Source: an uncultured Weeksellaceae bacterium
Lineage (GTDB): Bacteria; Bacteroidota; Bacteroidia; Flavobacteriales_D; CAZDUI01
Assembly (NCBI GenBank): GCA_964508605.1
Contig: CAZDUI010000006.1
Coordinates: 44,903-108,902, forward strand
Reading direction: 5' to 3'
Length of the DNA: 64,000 nucleotides
Shown: one piece after another, positions 35,390-45,545 of the stretch
How positions within the stretch are numbered: the stretch's first letter is position 1
How the letters are laid out: each line of letters opens with the position of its first letter
Translations under genes and position numbers: made by a program
The notes under the pieces: model-generated
The model's input: the letters and a program-made list of their open reading frames with translations, nothing else
Told to the model about the DNA's origin: nothing
Databases searched by the model: none

Positions 35390-36160
35390 ATGGAAGCAAT
35401 TACTGAACAAGGTAATGTAAAATATGTGGTATGCGATGGCATTGCAGAAATTACCTTTTTTCACCCCATGAGCAACTCATTGCCCGGTAAATTATTACTA
35501 ACACTTGCCGAGACCATCACAGAAATGGGCAAGGACTCCAAAGTGAAAGTGATAATATTAAAATCGGAAGGAGAAAAAGCATTTTGCGCCGGCGCATCGT
35601 TTGATGAGTTGATTCAAATTAATGAAGCCGAAGCCGGTACCCGATTCTTTTCGGGTTTTGCACATGTAATTAATGCCATTCGCAATGCTCCTAAATTCGT
35701 TCTGGCAAGGGTTCAGGGTAAAGCGGTTGGTGGCGGAGTAGGTTTGGCCTGTGCCGCCGATTATACTTTCGCATTGGACACTGCTTCGGTAAAACTTTCA
35801 GAACTTGCTGTCGGCATTGGACCCTTTGTAGTAGGGCCTGCGGTAGAAAGAAAAGTAGGAACCTCAGCGTTTATGCAGCTTAGCATCAATGCTACCGAAT
35901 GGTATAGTGCGCAATGGGCACTCCAACAAGGTATGTATGCTGCCGTTTTCAGCAATGCTGCCGACATGGATTCTGCTATCAACAAGCTAAGTGTTCAACT
36001 TTCAAAATCGAACCCCGAAGCCATGGCCGAATTGAAAAAAGTGTTTTGGCAAAAAACCGAAAATTGGGATACTCTCCTTACCGATCGTGCTGCAATTAGC
36101 GGTACGCTGGTGGTGAGCAATTTTACAAGAAACGCGATTCACGCATTTAAAAATAAATAA
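35390..36160 (+). CDS. enoyl-CoA hydratase/isomerase (crotonase) family protein
   Basis: 256 aa. Oxyanion-hole context KAFCAGASFDEL and GKAVGGGVGLACAAD. Confidence 0.85.
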   Translation: MEAITEQGNVKYVVCDGIAEITFFHPMSNSLPGKLLLTLAETITEMGKDSKVKVIILKSEGEKAFCAGASFDELIQINEAEAGTRFFSGFAHVINAIRNAPKFVLARVQGKAVGGGVGLACAADYTFALDTASVKLSELAVGIGPFVVGPAVERKVGTSAFMQLSINATEWYSAQWALQQGMYAAVFSNAADMDSAINKLSVQLSKSNPEAMAELKKVFWQKTENWDTLLTDRAAISGTLVVSNFTRNAIHAFKNK

Positions 36161-36205
36161 AATTAAAAATTTACCGGAGTTTGCACCGGAACCTTGAACC
36201 AAAGC

Positions 36206-37378
36206 ATGGCCAGAATAGCCATAAATACTCGCTTTTTATTACCCGACAAACTGGAAGGATTTGGGTGGTTTACACACGAAGTGGTGCAACGCATGGTTGT
36301 AAATCATCCGGAACATGAGTTTTTTTTCTTTTTTGACAGAAATTACGACAAGAAATTTATTTACGCTTCCAATGTTACACCGGTTGTGATATCACCTCCG
36401 GCACGCGACCCCATTCTGTTTTACATCTGGTTTGAAATTGGCGTAAAAAAAGCATTGAAAAAATATAATATTGATTTATTTTTCAGCCCCGACGGATATT
36501 TATCGCTCTCATCTAAGGTTCCGCAAATTCCGGTAATTCACGACCTGAATTTTGAACATTACCCCAAAGACTTACCACCCCGCGCACGAAAATATCTCAG
36601 AAAATATTTTCCCAAATTTGCAAAACACGCACGGCATATAGTAACAGTTTCAGAATATTCAAAAAGTGATATTCAAAAAACCTACGGTATTGATGCAGCA
36701 AAAATTACCGTGGCATATAACGGAGTGAACCCCTTGTACCAGCCCATTGAGGCCGGACAAAAAACAGTAATACAAAATTCAATAACCGGTGGAATTCCTT
36801 ATTTTCTCTATGTTGGTTCCTTACATCCCCGAAAAAACATAATACGGCTTTTGCAAGCCTGGGATATTTATCGCGATCATGGCGGAAAAAACGCTATGGT
36901 AATTGCAGGCAGCGCATATTGGTGGAATAAAGAAATGAACACGGAATTTGCGGCACTGCGACATGGAAAGGAAGTTATTTTTACAGGACACCTTCCCGTT
37001 GAAAAACTTACCTGTATAACCGCCGCTGCAGATGTACTTACTTACGTTAGCTATTTTGAAGGTTTTGGAATCCCCGTAGCCGAAGCTATGCGCTGCGGCG
37101 TGCCCGTCCTTGCCGCCAATACTACTTCGTTACCCGAAGTGGCCGGAGATGCCGCACTATACTGCGACCCGTTTTCGGTGGCCGATATTGCACAGAAAAT
37201 GGCAACCATCACATCTAACCCTGAATTAAAAGAAAAACTCAGCAAAGAAGGTATTATCCGCGCCAACCGGTTTCATTGGGAAGATACCGGTCAAAAGGTA
37301 TGGCAGGTTCTTGAAAATGAATTGAATCAAAAAATAGTTGAATTACAACCTGACCGTTCAAGCAGAAGAAGGCAGTAA
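36206..37378 (+). CDS. glycosyltransferase family 4 (GT-B, group 1)
   Basis: Start set at the ATG at 36206 (MARIAINTRFLL). EGFGIPVAEAM with the Ex7E motif. Confidence 0.85.
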   Translation: MARIAINTRFLLPDKLEGFGWFTHEVVQRMVVNHPEHEFFFFFDRNYDKKFIYASNVTPVVISPPARDPILFYIWFEIGVKKALKKYNIDLFFSPDGYLSLSSKVPQIPVIHDLNFEHYPKDLPPRARKYLRKYFPKFAKHARHIVTVSEYSKSDIQKTYGIDAAKITVAYNGVNPLYQPIEAGQKTVIQNSITGGIPYFLYVGSLHPRKNIIRLLQAWDIYRDHGGKNAMVIAGSAYWWNKEMNTEFAALRHGKEVIFTGHLPVEKLTCITAAADVLTYVSYFEGFGIPVAEAMRCGVPVLAANTTSLPEVAGDAALYCDPFSVADIAQKMATITSNPELKEKLSKEGIIRANRFHWEDTGQKVWQVLENELNQKIVELQPDRSSRRRQ

Positions 37379-37668
37379 TTGGAGATGAGTGTACTCTATT
37401 TCTATCCTGAACTTGGTTTTAAGATATTTCTTTCTGCATTATTTGCTTATTTAAACCAAAAAACGCTATCAATAGAACTTATCTCATGCTCAACAACTCC
37501 TTTTTCTGTCAAAAATGTTAAATGTGCGCTACAACAGCATTCCGGTTCGTTCACCATTAATGAACTATTTGGCTAATTTCCTTATAATTTCAACTTCCCC
37601 CGGTAGGATTCCAATTCAATTGCAGTTTTTCGTAGCATCACGGTGACACTTACAGCCTATTTTTGCAT

Positions 37669-39879
37669 ATGAAAATTTGGAATTTTGCTTTAGCAGTGTG
37701 CCTGTATTTAGTACATTTCAATTCTTTGCAGGCACAGGACACGGTAGTGGTACGTTCGCACAATCAAACACACTGGAATTGGTACGGCAACTGGGATAAC
37801 TGGACGGTTTTTCCCGGTGACACTTTTACCAGCCGTAAGATTTTGTTGAAATACACGTTGGGATGTCCCGGTTCGGGTTGCAGCGAATGGGATTATACTA
37901 CTCAGATAAAAGTGCTTCATCCTAACGGAGAAACCGACTCAAGCCTTACACAGTCTCCCTGGTTTGTATCAGCGGGCAGTTCTCCTGATTCCATTCCGGT
38001 ACTTATAACCTCTCCGTGGGTTACATTTTATAACAGCACCACTCAGCTCACCGACTCATCTTTGGCCACCGCCGACACTGTTTTTGTATTTGCTGATTCT
38101 GCTGCACCCACACTTATTACCGATACCGTTCTGGTATTTACCGGCGGTTTCTGGAATTATTATTTTGATGCTACAGGTACCACCACCGATTCGGTTTGGG
38201 TGGGTTACGACAGCCTCTGGAACAACGGACAGCACACTTATTATCAATATTTTCCTAAAATTGTAACCATAGAGCTGGCGCGATTTATAACCCCTTATGC
38301 CGGGTCGGTACCCAATTCATGGACCCGTACAGTGTACTACGATGTTACCGATTACGCGCCGGTTTTACGCGATTCAACATTAATACGCGCGCATTATGGC
38401 GGCTGGCAGAACGGCTTCACCATAACACTCGACTTTATGTTTATTGAAGGTACCCCGCCCCGAAATTCACTAGATGTGATACCGATATACGATGGAAACT
38501 ATAATTACGGTGGTGCACCGGGTATTGAAACATCTCTTACTTCAAAAACCGTGAATCTTCCGGTGGGAACAGACGCATTTGCCCTACATTTTACTCCTAC
38601 CGGACACGGGTTTGACAATAATGAAGACTGCGCAGAGTTTTGCCCGAAAACCTACACGGTAAAGGTGAACGGTTCGGTAGTACAGAATGGACTTATATGG
38701 AACGACGAATGCGGACTTAACCCCCAGTATCCTCAGTCCGGAACCTGGTTATACGACCGTGCCAACTGGTGTCCCGGGGATAAGGGGCGGAGGTTTGAGC
38801 ATGAACTTACAGGAACTGCAGCCATGAACCAACCTGTATCCATTGATGTAGATATTCAGCCATATACCTGGAACGGAAGCGGAGGACAGCCCGTGTATAT
38901 TATTCACGGCTCGGTAATTCCATATTCAACGCCTAATTTCACAACCGACGCTGAAATAAGAGACATCCTGGCACCCAGTAAGTTTTATGAGTATCGCAGG
39001 TTCAATCCCATTTGCGACAACGCACATATTCTGGTACGCAATTCAGGCTCGGCAACCATTACCGAAATGGTATTTTCGTATCAGGTAGAAGGTGGTACGC
39101 CGGCACAATACATCTGGACAGGTTCGCTGCCTTTTCTTGCAGAAACCGAAGTACAATTGCCTTTTCCTGATGCTACTTTCTGGCAGGGATCCGGAAATAC
39201 ATTTATGGCCGAAATTCTCTCAGTAAACGGAAGTGCCGACCAGAATGCAGACAACAATAAATTACAATCGGAGTACGACCTGACACCATCATATGCGGCA
39301 CCGGCCATTATTATATTAATGAAAACCAATTTGTTTCCCGGTGAAAATGCCTGGGAAATTCTGGATTCAGACGGAAATGTTGTATATTCGCGCAACAACT
39401 TTCCAACCAACGACTTTGCCCGCGACACGGTTCCGTTAGCCAACGGTTGCTATACTTTTCACCTAACCGACAGCGATAAAGACGGAATGGCATTCTGGGC
39501 AAACAGCGACGGGTCGGGCTATGCACGTATTATGCGCCATGACGGTATGATTTATAAAAACTTCAGCGGCGACTTCGGTACTGAAATTACACACCATTTT
39601 ACCGTTGGATATGCTAATCAGGTAGTAGAATCAGAACACGTACCGCACATTGAAATGTATCCAAATCCGGCCAGTCATACCGTTACCCTTGATCTTTCGG
39701 CACTGACGGGAACTTCGCAGGTCACTGTTTTTGGTTCCGACGGCAAACAAATACTCAACGGTTCGTATAGTGGTAATCTTATTACCCTGGATGTAAGTGA
39801 ATTTGCAAACGGACTGTACTTTTTAAAGGTGAGCAACAACAACCGGTACGTTACCAAACAGCTGATACTATCCCACTAA
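37669..39879 (+). CDS. PNGase F-like (peptide-N-glycosidase F related) protein with extra domains and T9SS C-terminal domain
   Basis: Motifs line up with my memory of Elizabethkingia PNGase F: GCSEWDY (vs TCDEWDR), ARFITPY (vs GRFITPY), YDVTDY (vs IDVTDF), DCAEFC (vs GCAEWC), DRANWCPG (vs DRAGWCPG). The C-terminus MYPNPASHTVTLDL...GLYFLKVSNNN is a T9SS CTD. Confidence 0.7.
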   Translation: MKIWNFALAVCLYLVHFNSLQAQDTVVVRSHNQTHWNWYGNWDNWTVFPGDTFTSRKILLKYTLGCPGSGCSEWDYTTQIKVLHPNGETDSSLTQSPWFVSAGSSPDSIPVLITSPWVTFYNSTTQLTDSSLATADTVFVFADSAAPTLITDTVLVFTGGFWNYYFDATGTTTDSVWVGYDSLWNNGQHTYYQYFPKIVTIELARFITPYAGSVPNSWTRTVYYDVTDYAPVLRDSTLIRAHYGGWQNGFTITLDFMFIEGTPPRNSLDVIPIYDGNYNYGGAPGIETSLTSKTVNLPVGTDAFALHFTPTGHGFDNNEDCAEFCPKTYTVKVNGSVVQNGLIWNDECGLNPQYPQSGTWLYDRANWCPGDKGRRFEHELTGTAAMNQPVSIDVDIQPYTWNGSGGQPVYIIHGSVIPYSTPNFTTDAEIRDILAPSKFYEYRRFNPICDNAHILVRNSGSATITEMVFSYQVEGGTPAQYIWTGSLPFLAETEVQLPFPDATFWQGSGNTFMAEILSVNGSADQNADNNKLQSEYDLTPSYAAPAIIILMKTNLFPGENAWEILDSDGNVVYSRNNFPTNDFARDTVPLANGCYTFHLTDSDKDGMAFWANSDGSGYARIMRHDGMIYKNFSGDFGTEITHHFTVGYANQVVESEHVPHIEMYPNPASHTVTLDLSALTGTSQVTVFGSDGKQILNGSYSGNLITLDVSEFANGLYFLKVSNNNRYVTKQLILSH

Positions 39880-40131
39880 AGGGTATGTCTAAAAACCGAA
39901 AGGATGCCATTAGCACCCTTTCAGCCGGAAGTGTAGAAGTTAAGTTGCTCAAAAAGCAATTACTTAACCGCGCAATAACTTTCTCTGCAATTTCTATGCT
40001 GCAAATTGCCATCTCGTTTATCACCCGCCTGCATCACATTGTGATTACATATAAAAAAGCCATTGTCGCAGGGTATTAAATCAAACAAGGTAACACAAGT
40101 ACAGACTAACAGCTCCGCAGATATAAAAACA

Positions 40132-40839
40132 TCAAAAAAGAACAAATTTTACGGGCAATGTCAGCCGTACTGATACAGGTTCGCCCATATTAATTCCGGG
40201 TTTCCAACGGGGCATAGCTTTTACAACGCGCAGCGCTTCGGCTTCCAGATTTGCATCTGTGTTTCCCTTTACATCGGCCACCTTCACATCGGTAACATCA
40301 CCGGTATAGGTAACAATAAAACTAACGTAAATGGTTCCCTGCTTCATTTTTTCGCGCGAAACGTCAGGATATTTCAGATTTTTCCTTAAAAACCCGAAAT
40401 AGTCAAATTCCGGCTGTTTCTGAATTTCTACAGAATTGTAGGTAATGTCTTTAGGAATGTTCACCACAACCGGCCCGTCTTCATATTTATCGCCCGGTTT
40501 ACCAATAACGCTAAAATCAATAGAATCCGAAATAATTTCGAATTTTTCTTCGTCTATCGGTTCCTTTTTTTCAATAATCTCGGCATCGGGTAAAATTACG
40601 GGTGATGTGCGTTGTGTGGTTTGGGTCTCAGGTTCCGGTTTCGGCTGCTCGGGTATTATGGGCGCCGCGTCGAAAGTGGGAATTTCTTCAGAAGATTTAT
40701 AAGCAATATTCGACTTTACTTCAGGCGTAACCCATTCAAACGCTGCCAGGCTAAGTGCTGATGCTATTAATAATCCTGCCTGTAATACTACCAACCTGCG
40801 GCGTTCTAAATCTGCCTTTTTTGATTTTTTGATTTCCAT
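40132..40839 (-). CDS. TonB-family energy transducer
   Basis: 235 aa. N-terminal TM anchor, Pro/Glu-rich linker (PEQPKPEPETQ), and a C-terminal TonB domain (GTIYVSFIVTYTGDVTDVKV...PVSVRLTLPVKF). Confidence 0.8.
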   Translation of the reverse strand: MEIKKSKKADLERRRLVVLQAGLLIASALSLAAFEWVTPEVKSNIAYKSSEEIPTFDAAPIIPEQPKPEPETQTTQRTSPVILPDAEIIEKKEPIDEEKFEIISDSIDFSVIGKPGDKYEDGPVVVNIPKDITYNSVEIQKQPEFDYFGFLRKNLKYPDVSREKMKQGTIYVSFIVTYTGDVTDVKVADVKGNTDANLEAEALRVVKAMPRWKPGINMGEPVSVRLTLPVKFVLF

Positions 40840-40955
40840 GATTTCCGGATTTTAAGATTGTGTTCCTGTACGGACTTAGAACCCGTTCGTTCATTTTTTA
40901 GTATGCGCATTCCCTGTAAGGTGGCACCCATTGATTTAAGGGTTATATTGCCTGA

Positions 40956-41648
40956 TTAAGCCGTAATGGTTAGCTTATACCCTTTGCCATGAACATTTAT
41001 TATTTCAATTCGGTCATCACTTTTAAAGTACTTCCGCAATCTGCTAAGATAAACATCCATGCTGCGACCGTTAAAGTACGAGTCGTCTCCCCATATAACC
41101 TTCAGGGCATACGATTTATCCAATGTTCCTTTTGAAGTAACCAACATAAAAAGCAATTCATTTTCTCTACGGGTAAGTTTTTGTTCGCCTTCAGGCCCTG
41201 TAAGTGTCATTCGGTCGGAATTGAACAGATATTTTCCCATTTGAAATTCAGGGCCCTCTTTCACTTCTGTTTTACCGGTTCTTCGCACAATAGCCTGAAT
41301 ACGTGCAACCAGTTCATCCATATTAAATGGTTTGGTCATGTAATCATCGGCGCCCACCTGAAATCCCCGCAAGGTATCTTCTTTCATGCTTTTTGCCGTA
41401 AGAAACAGTATGGGAATATCAGGATCGGCTGCGCGAACATCGGCAGCCAGAGAAAAACCGTCTTTTTGCGGCATCATTACGTCCAGTATCAGAAAATCGT
41501 AACTGCGTTGTCTGAAAGCGTCTAAACCCTCTTTCCCATTGGTTTTCCAGTCGCAATCGAATCCCCGGGCACGCAAATACTCACCCAGCAATAAACCCAA
41601 ATTTGCATCATCTTCAACCAGTAAAATATACAGCTTTCTATCTGTCAT
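40956..41648 (-). CDS. OmpR/PhoB-type response regulator
   Basis: 230 aa. Receiver domain with the DFLILDVMMP phospho-acceptor context. Winged-helix C-terminus (LTRRENELLFML...HGKGYKL). Confidence 0.9.
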   Translation of the reverse strand: MTDRKLYILLVEDDANLGLLLGEYLRARGFDCDWKTNGKEGLDAFRQRSYDFLILDVMMPQKDGFSLAADVRAADPDIPILFLTAKSMKEDTLRGFQVGADDYMTKPFNMDELVARIQAIVRRTGKTEVKEGPEFQMGKYLFNSDRMTLTGPEGEQKLTRRENELLFMLVTSKGTLDKSYALKVIWGDDSYFNGRSMDVYLSRLRKYFKSDDRIEIINVHGKGYKLTITA

Positions 41649-41660
41649 CTTTTCATTGTT

Positions 41661-43286
41661 TTAATCTTTCAAAACCGGAAACTCAAGAATAAATTCACTA
41701 CCTGTACCCGGAGCACTATTCAGATGAACTTTACCGCCGTGTTTCAATATAACTGCACGCGTGTAACTTAAGCCCAGTCCAAAGCCTTTTACATTGTGTA
41801 AATTCCCGGTAGGTACTCTGTACATGCTTTCAAAAATCTTACGCTGGTGCTCAATGGGAATTCCTATGCCGTTATCCTTTACCATAACACATATCCATTC
41901 CTGATTTTCTATGAGTTTATTGTAGGTTTTAATTTCTATTACCGGTGCAGTATCCACATACTTCAGGGCATTATCCAGCAAATTCTGAATGGCATTGCTA
42001 AGATGCAGTATGTCGGCATTCATTTTATCGCTGGCGGCGTCTGTTCCAAGAATTATTTGTCCACCTGCATGGCTTGCCTGCAGTAAAAAAGGTCCCACGG
42101 CTTTATTTACAAGTTCGTTTAATGAAACAGGTTGAAGTTTCAAATTCAATTGACCCCTGTCCAAAATGGCCGCTTGTAAAACCTTTTCAACCAGAGTGCC
42201 AAGTTTTTTATTCTCATCTTCAATCATTGTCAAATATCTACGCCGGGAATCATCGGTGGTACTTACCGTGGTATCGTTCATCATTTGACAAGCAAGAGAG
42301 ATGGTTGAAATGGGGGTCTTCAGCTCGTGAGTCATATTGCCAATGAAGTCATTCTTTATTTGAGACACCTTTTTTTGACGGATGATGATGGAAATGGTAA
42401 ATCCAAAGGCCACTGCCACCGTAATGAGTAAAAATGCCGACAGTGCCAGAATACCCCACATTTTACCCAACAAATAGGCATTTTCGCCTGTAATTGACAA
42501 CACAAGTACACCCTGACTTTCCGGATTATTTTGAGGATCGCGTGAAAATAAAGGAATCATGTACGAATTTTCATGACTGGCTGTCTTTACCAGTTCCGCA
42601 TCGCCGCTAATTACATGTTCTAAATTATCGAGCACGGCAATTCTATACTTTGCCGTTACCCCATTGGCCCGCAAACGCGCTTGCACCAAACTGTCCAAGG
42701 ATAGTCCAGCGATTCTTTCATCCAGTTTGCGGTAAATCTGTTCACTGAATATTTTATTCAGCAGATCGTTTACAAGACGAATACGATTCACCATAACCTG
42801 AGCTGCGGGCTGTTCATGCTTCAAGGTGCCGGTATGAAAGCCGTCAGGTGTTATTGATATTATTTTGCCGGACATACTGTCTCTCTCTTCCCGTATAACG
42901 CGCGCCTCAGTAAATAAGCCACCAGCAGTATCGGCCGAAGAACCTTCAACTATTCTAATTAACACCTGCTTTCCGTCGCGCATTATAACCGAATCGCGAA
43001 TACTAAACTGTTCGGTAGTACGTCCCGGTCTCCTGATTCCCAGCAGTGTATCAGAAGTCATCATACGATTTACAATCTGGTCGCTTAATATTGCCGCTGT
43101 TACTTCTTCCTCCTCAAGAATTTGAGCTATTTCACGCAACGACTTATTCACAGAAACCTCCAGTTCATTCTTTTGCAGGTGAATAGCGTTTCTTACCCAA
43201 TACAATTGTATTCCCGTAAGGCCAATCATGGCTAACGTGATAGAAAATACAACCCACTTTATTTTTTTAACCCCAAACACATTCAA
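41661..43286 (-). CDS. sensor histidine kinase
   Basis: 541 aa. Two TM segments, H-box HELKTPIS, and N/G1/G2 boxes (NLLDNALKY, DNGIGI, GFGLGLS). Apparent TTG start, so the exact start is uncertain. Confidence 0.9.
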   Translation of the reverse strand: MNVFGVKKIKWVVFSITLAMIGLTGIQLYWVRNAIHLQKNELEVSVNKSLREIAQILEEEEVTAAILSDQIVNRMMTSDTLLGIRRPGRTTEQFSIRDSVIMRDGKQVLIRIVEGSSADTAGGLFTEARVIREERDSMSGKIISITPDGFHTGTLKHEQPAAQVMVNRIRLVNDLLNKIFSEQIYRKLDERIAGLSLDSLVQARLRANGVTAKYRIAVLDNLEHVISGDAELVKTASHENSYMIPLFSRDPQNNPESQGVLVLSITGENAYLLGKMWGILALSAFLLITVAVAFGFTISIIIRQKKVSQIKNDFIGNMTHELKTPISTISLACQMMNDTTVSTTDDSRRRYLTMIEDENKKLGTLVEKVLQAAILDRGQLNLKLQPVSLNELVNKAVGPFLLQASHAGGQIILGTDAASDKMNADILHLSNAIQNLLDNALKYVDTAPVIEIKTYNKLIENQEWICVMVKDNGIGIPIEHQRKIFESMYRVPTGNLHNVKGFGLGLSYTRAVILKHGGKVHLNSAPGTGSEFILEFPVLKD

Positions 43287-43400
43287 AATTAAGCAAGCTA
43301 CTGCAATATTGATGGAATTTAACTTAATTTAACCGCAACCCCGCTGCTGAATGCCGCGATAACGGGTTTTGATTACTTTTGAATTTTAACACACCCCTGC

Positions 43401-44840
43401 ATGAACATATTACACTATATCAACGGACGACTTTGTCCTTCTGAATCAAAATCTTGGTTACCAAATATAGATCCTTCAACCGGCAAGGAATACAGCAAAA
43501 TACCCGACGGGAATGCCGCCGATGTACAAATAGCATATGAGGCCGCATATAACTCATTCCCGATTTGGAGTAAGATGAAAACCGAAGAGCGGTCGGCTTT
43601 TTTGCTGCGAATAGCAGATAGAATAGATGCCCGTTTGGAAGAACTTGCATCGGCCGAGAGCAGGGATAACGGCAAACCAGTAAAGCTTGCCCAAACAGTA
43701 GATATACCCCGTGCCAGCAGCAATATGCGATTTTTTGCCACGGCCATATTGCATTACGCGTCCGAAAGCCATAATATGGATGGAAATGCAATAAACTATA
43801 CCTTGCGCAGCCCCATTGGCGTAGTGGGTTGTATTTCTCCCTGGAATCTTCCATTGTACCTTTTTACCTGGAAAATTGCCCCTGCACTGGCCGCCGGCAA
43901 CACGGTGGTAGCCAAGCCGTCTGAAGTAACCCCTTTTACCGCCTATTTACTGAGTGAAATTTGCATGGAATGCGGCTTACCAGCCGGTGTGTTAAATATT
44001 GTCCATGGTACCGGACCGCAGGTAGGACAAGCTATTGTTGAGCACCCGGGAATCAAAGCCATTTCATTCACCGGCGGAACTTCAACCGGCGCTGCTATTG
44101 CCAGAACAGCAGCGCCCATGTTCAAAAAGTTATCACTGGAACTTGGAGGTAAAAATCCAAACCTGATTTTTGCCGATTGTGACTTTGAAAACATGCTGAA
44201 AACCACACTTTTTTCCTCATTCGCAAACCAGGGACAAATTTGTTTGTGCGGTTCACGAATCTTGATAGAACGAAGTATTTATGAAAAGTTTCGTGACGCT
44301 TTTGTAACCAAAGTAAAACAAATGCGTGTAGGAGCTCCCCACCGCGACGATGTACAAATGGGTGCTGTAGTAAGCGAGAGTCACATGCACAAAATTTTGT
44401 CATATATTCAATTAGCACAACAAGAAGGAGGCAGGGTTCTGACCGGTGGAAATAGGGTGATACCGGAAGCTCCTTACCAAAACGGCTTCTATCTTGAACC
44501 TACCGTTATTGAAGGGCTTGATATGAATTGCCGCACCAATCAGGAAGAAATTTTCGGGCCGGTGGTTACCTTAACGCCGTTTGATACAGAACAGGAAGCA
44601 TTGGCTTTGGCCAACAGCACACCGTACGGTTTGTCAGCCACTGTCTGGACGTCAGATGTTACGCGGGCACACAGAATTGCCGCAACTTTAGACAGCGGAA
44701 TTGTTTGGATAAACTGCTGGCTGGTACGCGACCTTCGTACACCTTTTGGCGGCATGAAGCAATCGGGAGTAGGAAGGGAAGGTGGTTTTGAGGCGCTGCG
44801 ATTCTTTACAGAAGCCAAAAACGTCTGTCTCAAAATTTAA
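43401..44840 (+). CDS. aldehyde dehydrogenase, hydroxy/aminomuconic semialdehyde dehydrogenase-like subfamily
   Basis: 479 aa. ELGGKNP, catalytic Cys context NQGQICLCGSR, and the DIPRASSNMRFFA motif typical of that ALDH subgroup. Confidence 0.88.
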   Translation: MNILHYINGRLCPSESKSWLPNIDPSTGKEYSKIPDGNAADVQIAYEAAYNSFPIWSKMKTEERSAFLLRIADRIDARLEELASAESRDNGKPVKLAQTVDIPRASSNMRFFATAILHYASESHNMDGNAINYTLRSPIGVVGCISPWNLPLYLFTWKIAPALAAGNTVVAKPSEVTPFTAYLLSEICMECGLPAGVLNIVHGTGPQVGQAIVEHPGIKAISFTGGTSTGAAIARTAAPMFKKLSLELGGKNPNLIFADCDFENMLKTTLFSSFANQGQICLCGSRILIERSIYEKFRDAFVTKVKQMRVGAPHRDDVQMGAVVSESHMHKILSYIQLAQQEGGRVLTGGNRVIPEAPYQNGFYLEPTVIEGLDMNCRTNQEEIFGPVVTLTPFDTEQEALALANSTPYGLSATVWTSDVTRAHRIAATLDSGIVWINCWLVRDLRTPFGGMKQSGVGREGGFEALRFFTEAKNVCLKI

Positions 44841-44891
44841 TAGCATAAACAATTGCAAAATAATGTGATTTAACATCACACCATTACAACA

Positions 44892-44999
44892 TTAGTCACG
44901 AGAGGTTTCGGCTTTATAGCCATTGGTAAAAAACCATCCCAACCTTTTGTTTATCCAGCTACCCATTAGGTTGATAATATGAATTGCTACGTTCAACAT
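44892..44999 (-). CDS. candidate 35-aa small protein (below the ORF-track cutoff)
   Basis: Hand translation gives MLNVAIHIINLMGSWINKRLGWFFTNGYKAETSRD. Upstream on the minus strand is TTTG-N18-ACATTTTG, a near-consensus Bacteroidota promoter. No homology evidence. Confidence 0.2.
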   Translation of the reverse strand: MLNVAIHIINLMGSWINKRLGWFFTNGYKAETSRD

Positions 45000-45138
45000 A
45001 TTTTCTGAAACGCAGAAGTTACCAAAATGTTATGTTAAGTTTAACACAAAAGCATGTTGGAAACTACAAAGGTGTTAGTAACCTATTTTTTAACCTTAAA
45101 AATCTTGCTAATAAAAGAATGTCAGACAGGTAAAAACC

Positions 45139-45411
45139 TCAGTCAGCAACTGCGTACTCCGATTTTAAAAATTCTCTCCAGTCAGATAAACTGGCTTTAA
45201 CCCGCAACTCATTAAACCTTTTATGATAATCTTCTTCGGTTTGTGCCTGATTGAGATACGAAATCCTGTAAGCGTCATACCTTATAATGGCCAGCGACTC
45301 TTCATCGCTAAGTAATTTTCCCGAGAAGTCTTTATCCTTTAAATCAGTAATACTTTCTGGGATTAAAGTCTTTTTTACTCCGGTAATTTTATTATGCAGT
45401 TCAGAGGCCAT
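45139..45411 (-). CDS. hypothetical 90-aa protein
   Basis: ORF only. Acidic and helical-looking, with no signal peptide. No family recognised. Confidence 0.4.
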   Translation of the reverse strand: MASELHNKITGVKKTLIPESITDLKDKDFSGKLLSDEESLAIIRYDAYRISYLNQAQTEEDYHKRFNELRVKASLSDWREFLKSEYAVAD

Positions 45412-45545
45412 ATTTACAAAGATACGCCCTTGACAGAGGCAGGATGAAAATTAAACGTGAATTGTTTTCCACAAAATGGTGTTAACGTGTGAGGAAATAT
45501 GGTGACAAAAAGCCCTCTTAAATGAGGTTTATTTTTATTGTTTAA

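Noticed and set aside
36320-36334. A T8-C-T6 tract in the GT4 gene (codons HEFFFFFDR) is a possible phase-variation switch.
   Set aside because: The runs are short and interrupted, encode a plausible Phe-rich segment, and I can see no evidence of alternative frames.
37658-37665. TATTTTTG is a perfect TAnnTTTG box upstream of the PNGase F-like gene.
   Set aside because: It ends only 3 nt before the ATG needed for the signal peptide. It therefore cannot be the -7 box for that start and is probably fortuitous in AT-rich sequence.
39885-40079. A 64-aa plus-strand ORF and a 61-aa minus-strand ORF lie in the gap between the PNGase-like gene and tonB.
   Set aside because: Neither has a signal, motif or promoter box, and their composition looks intergenic. 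I leave the 252-bp gap unannotated.
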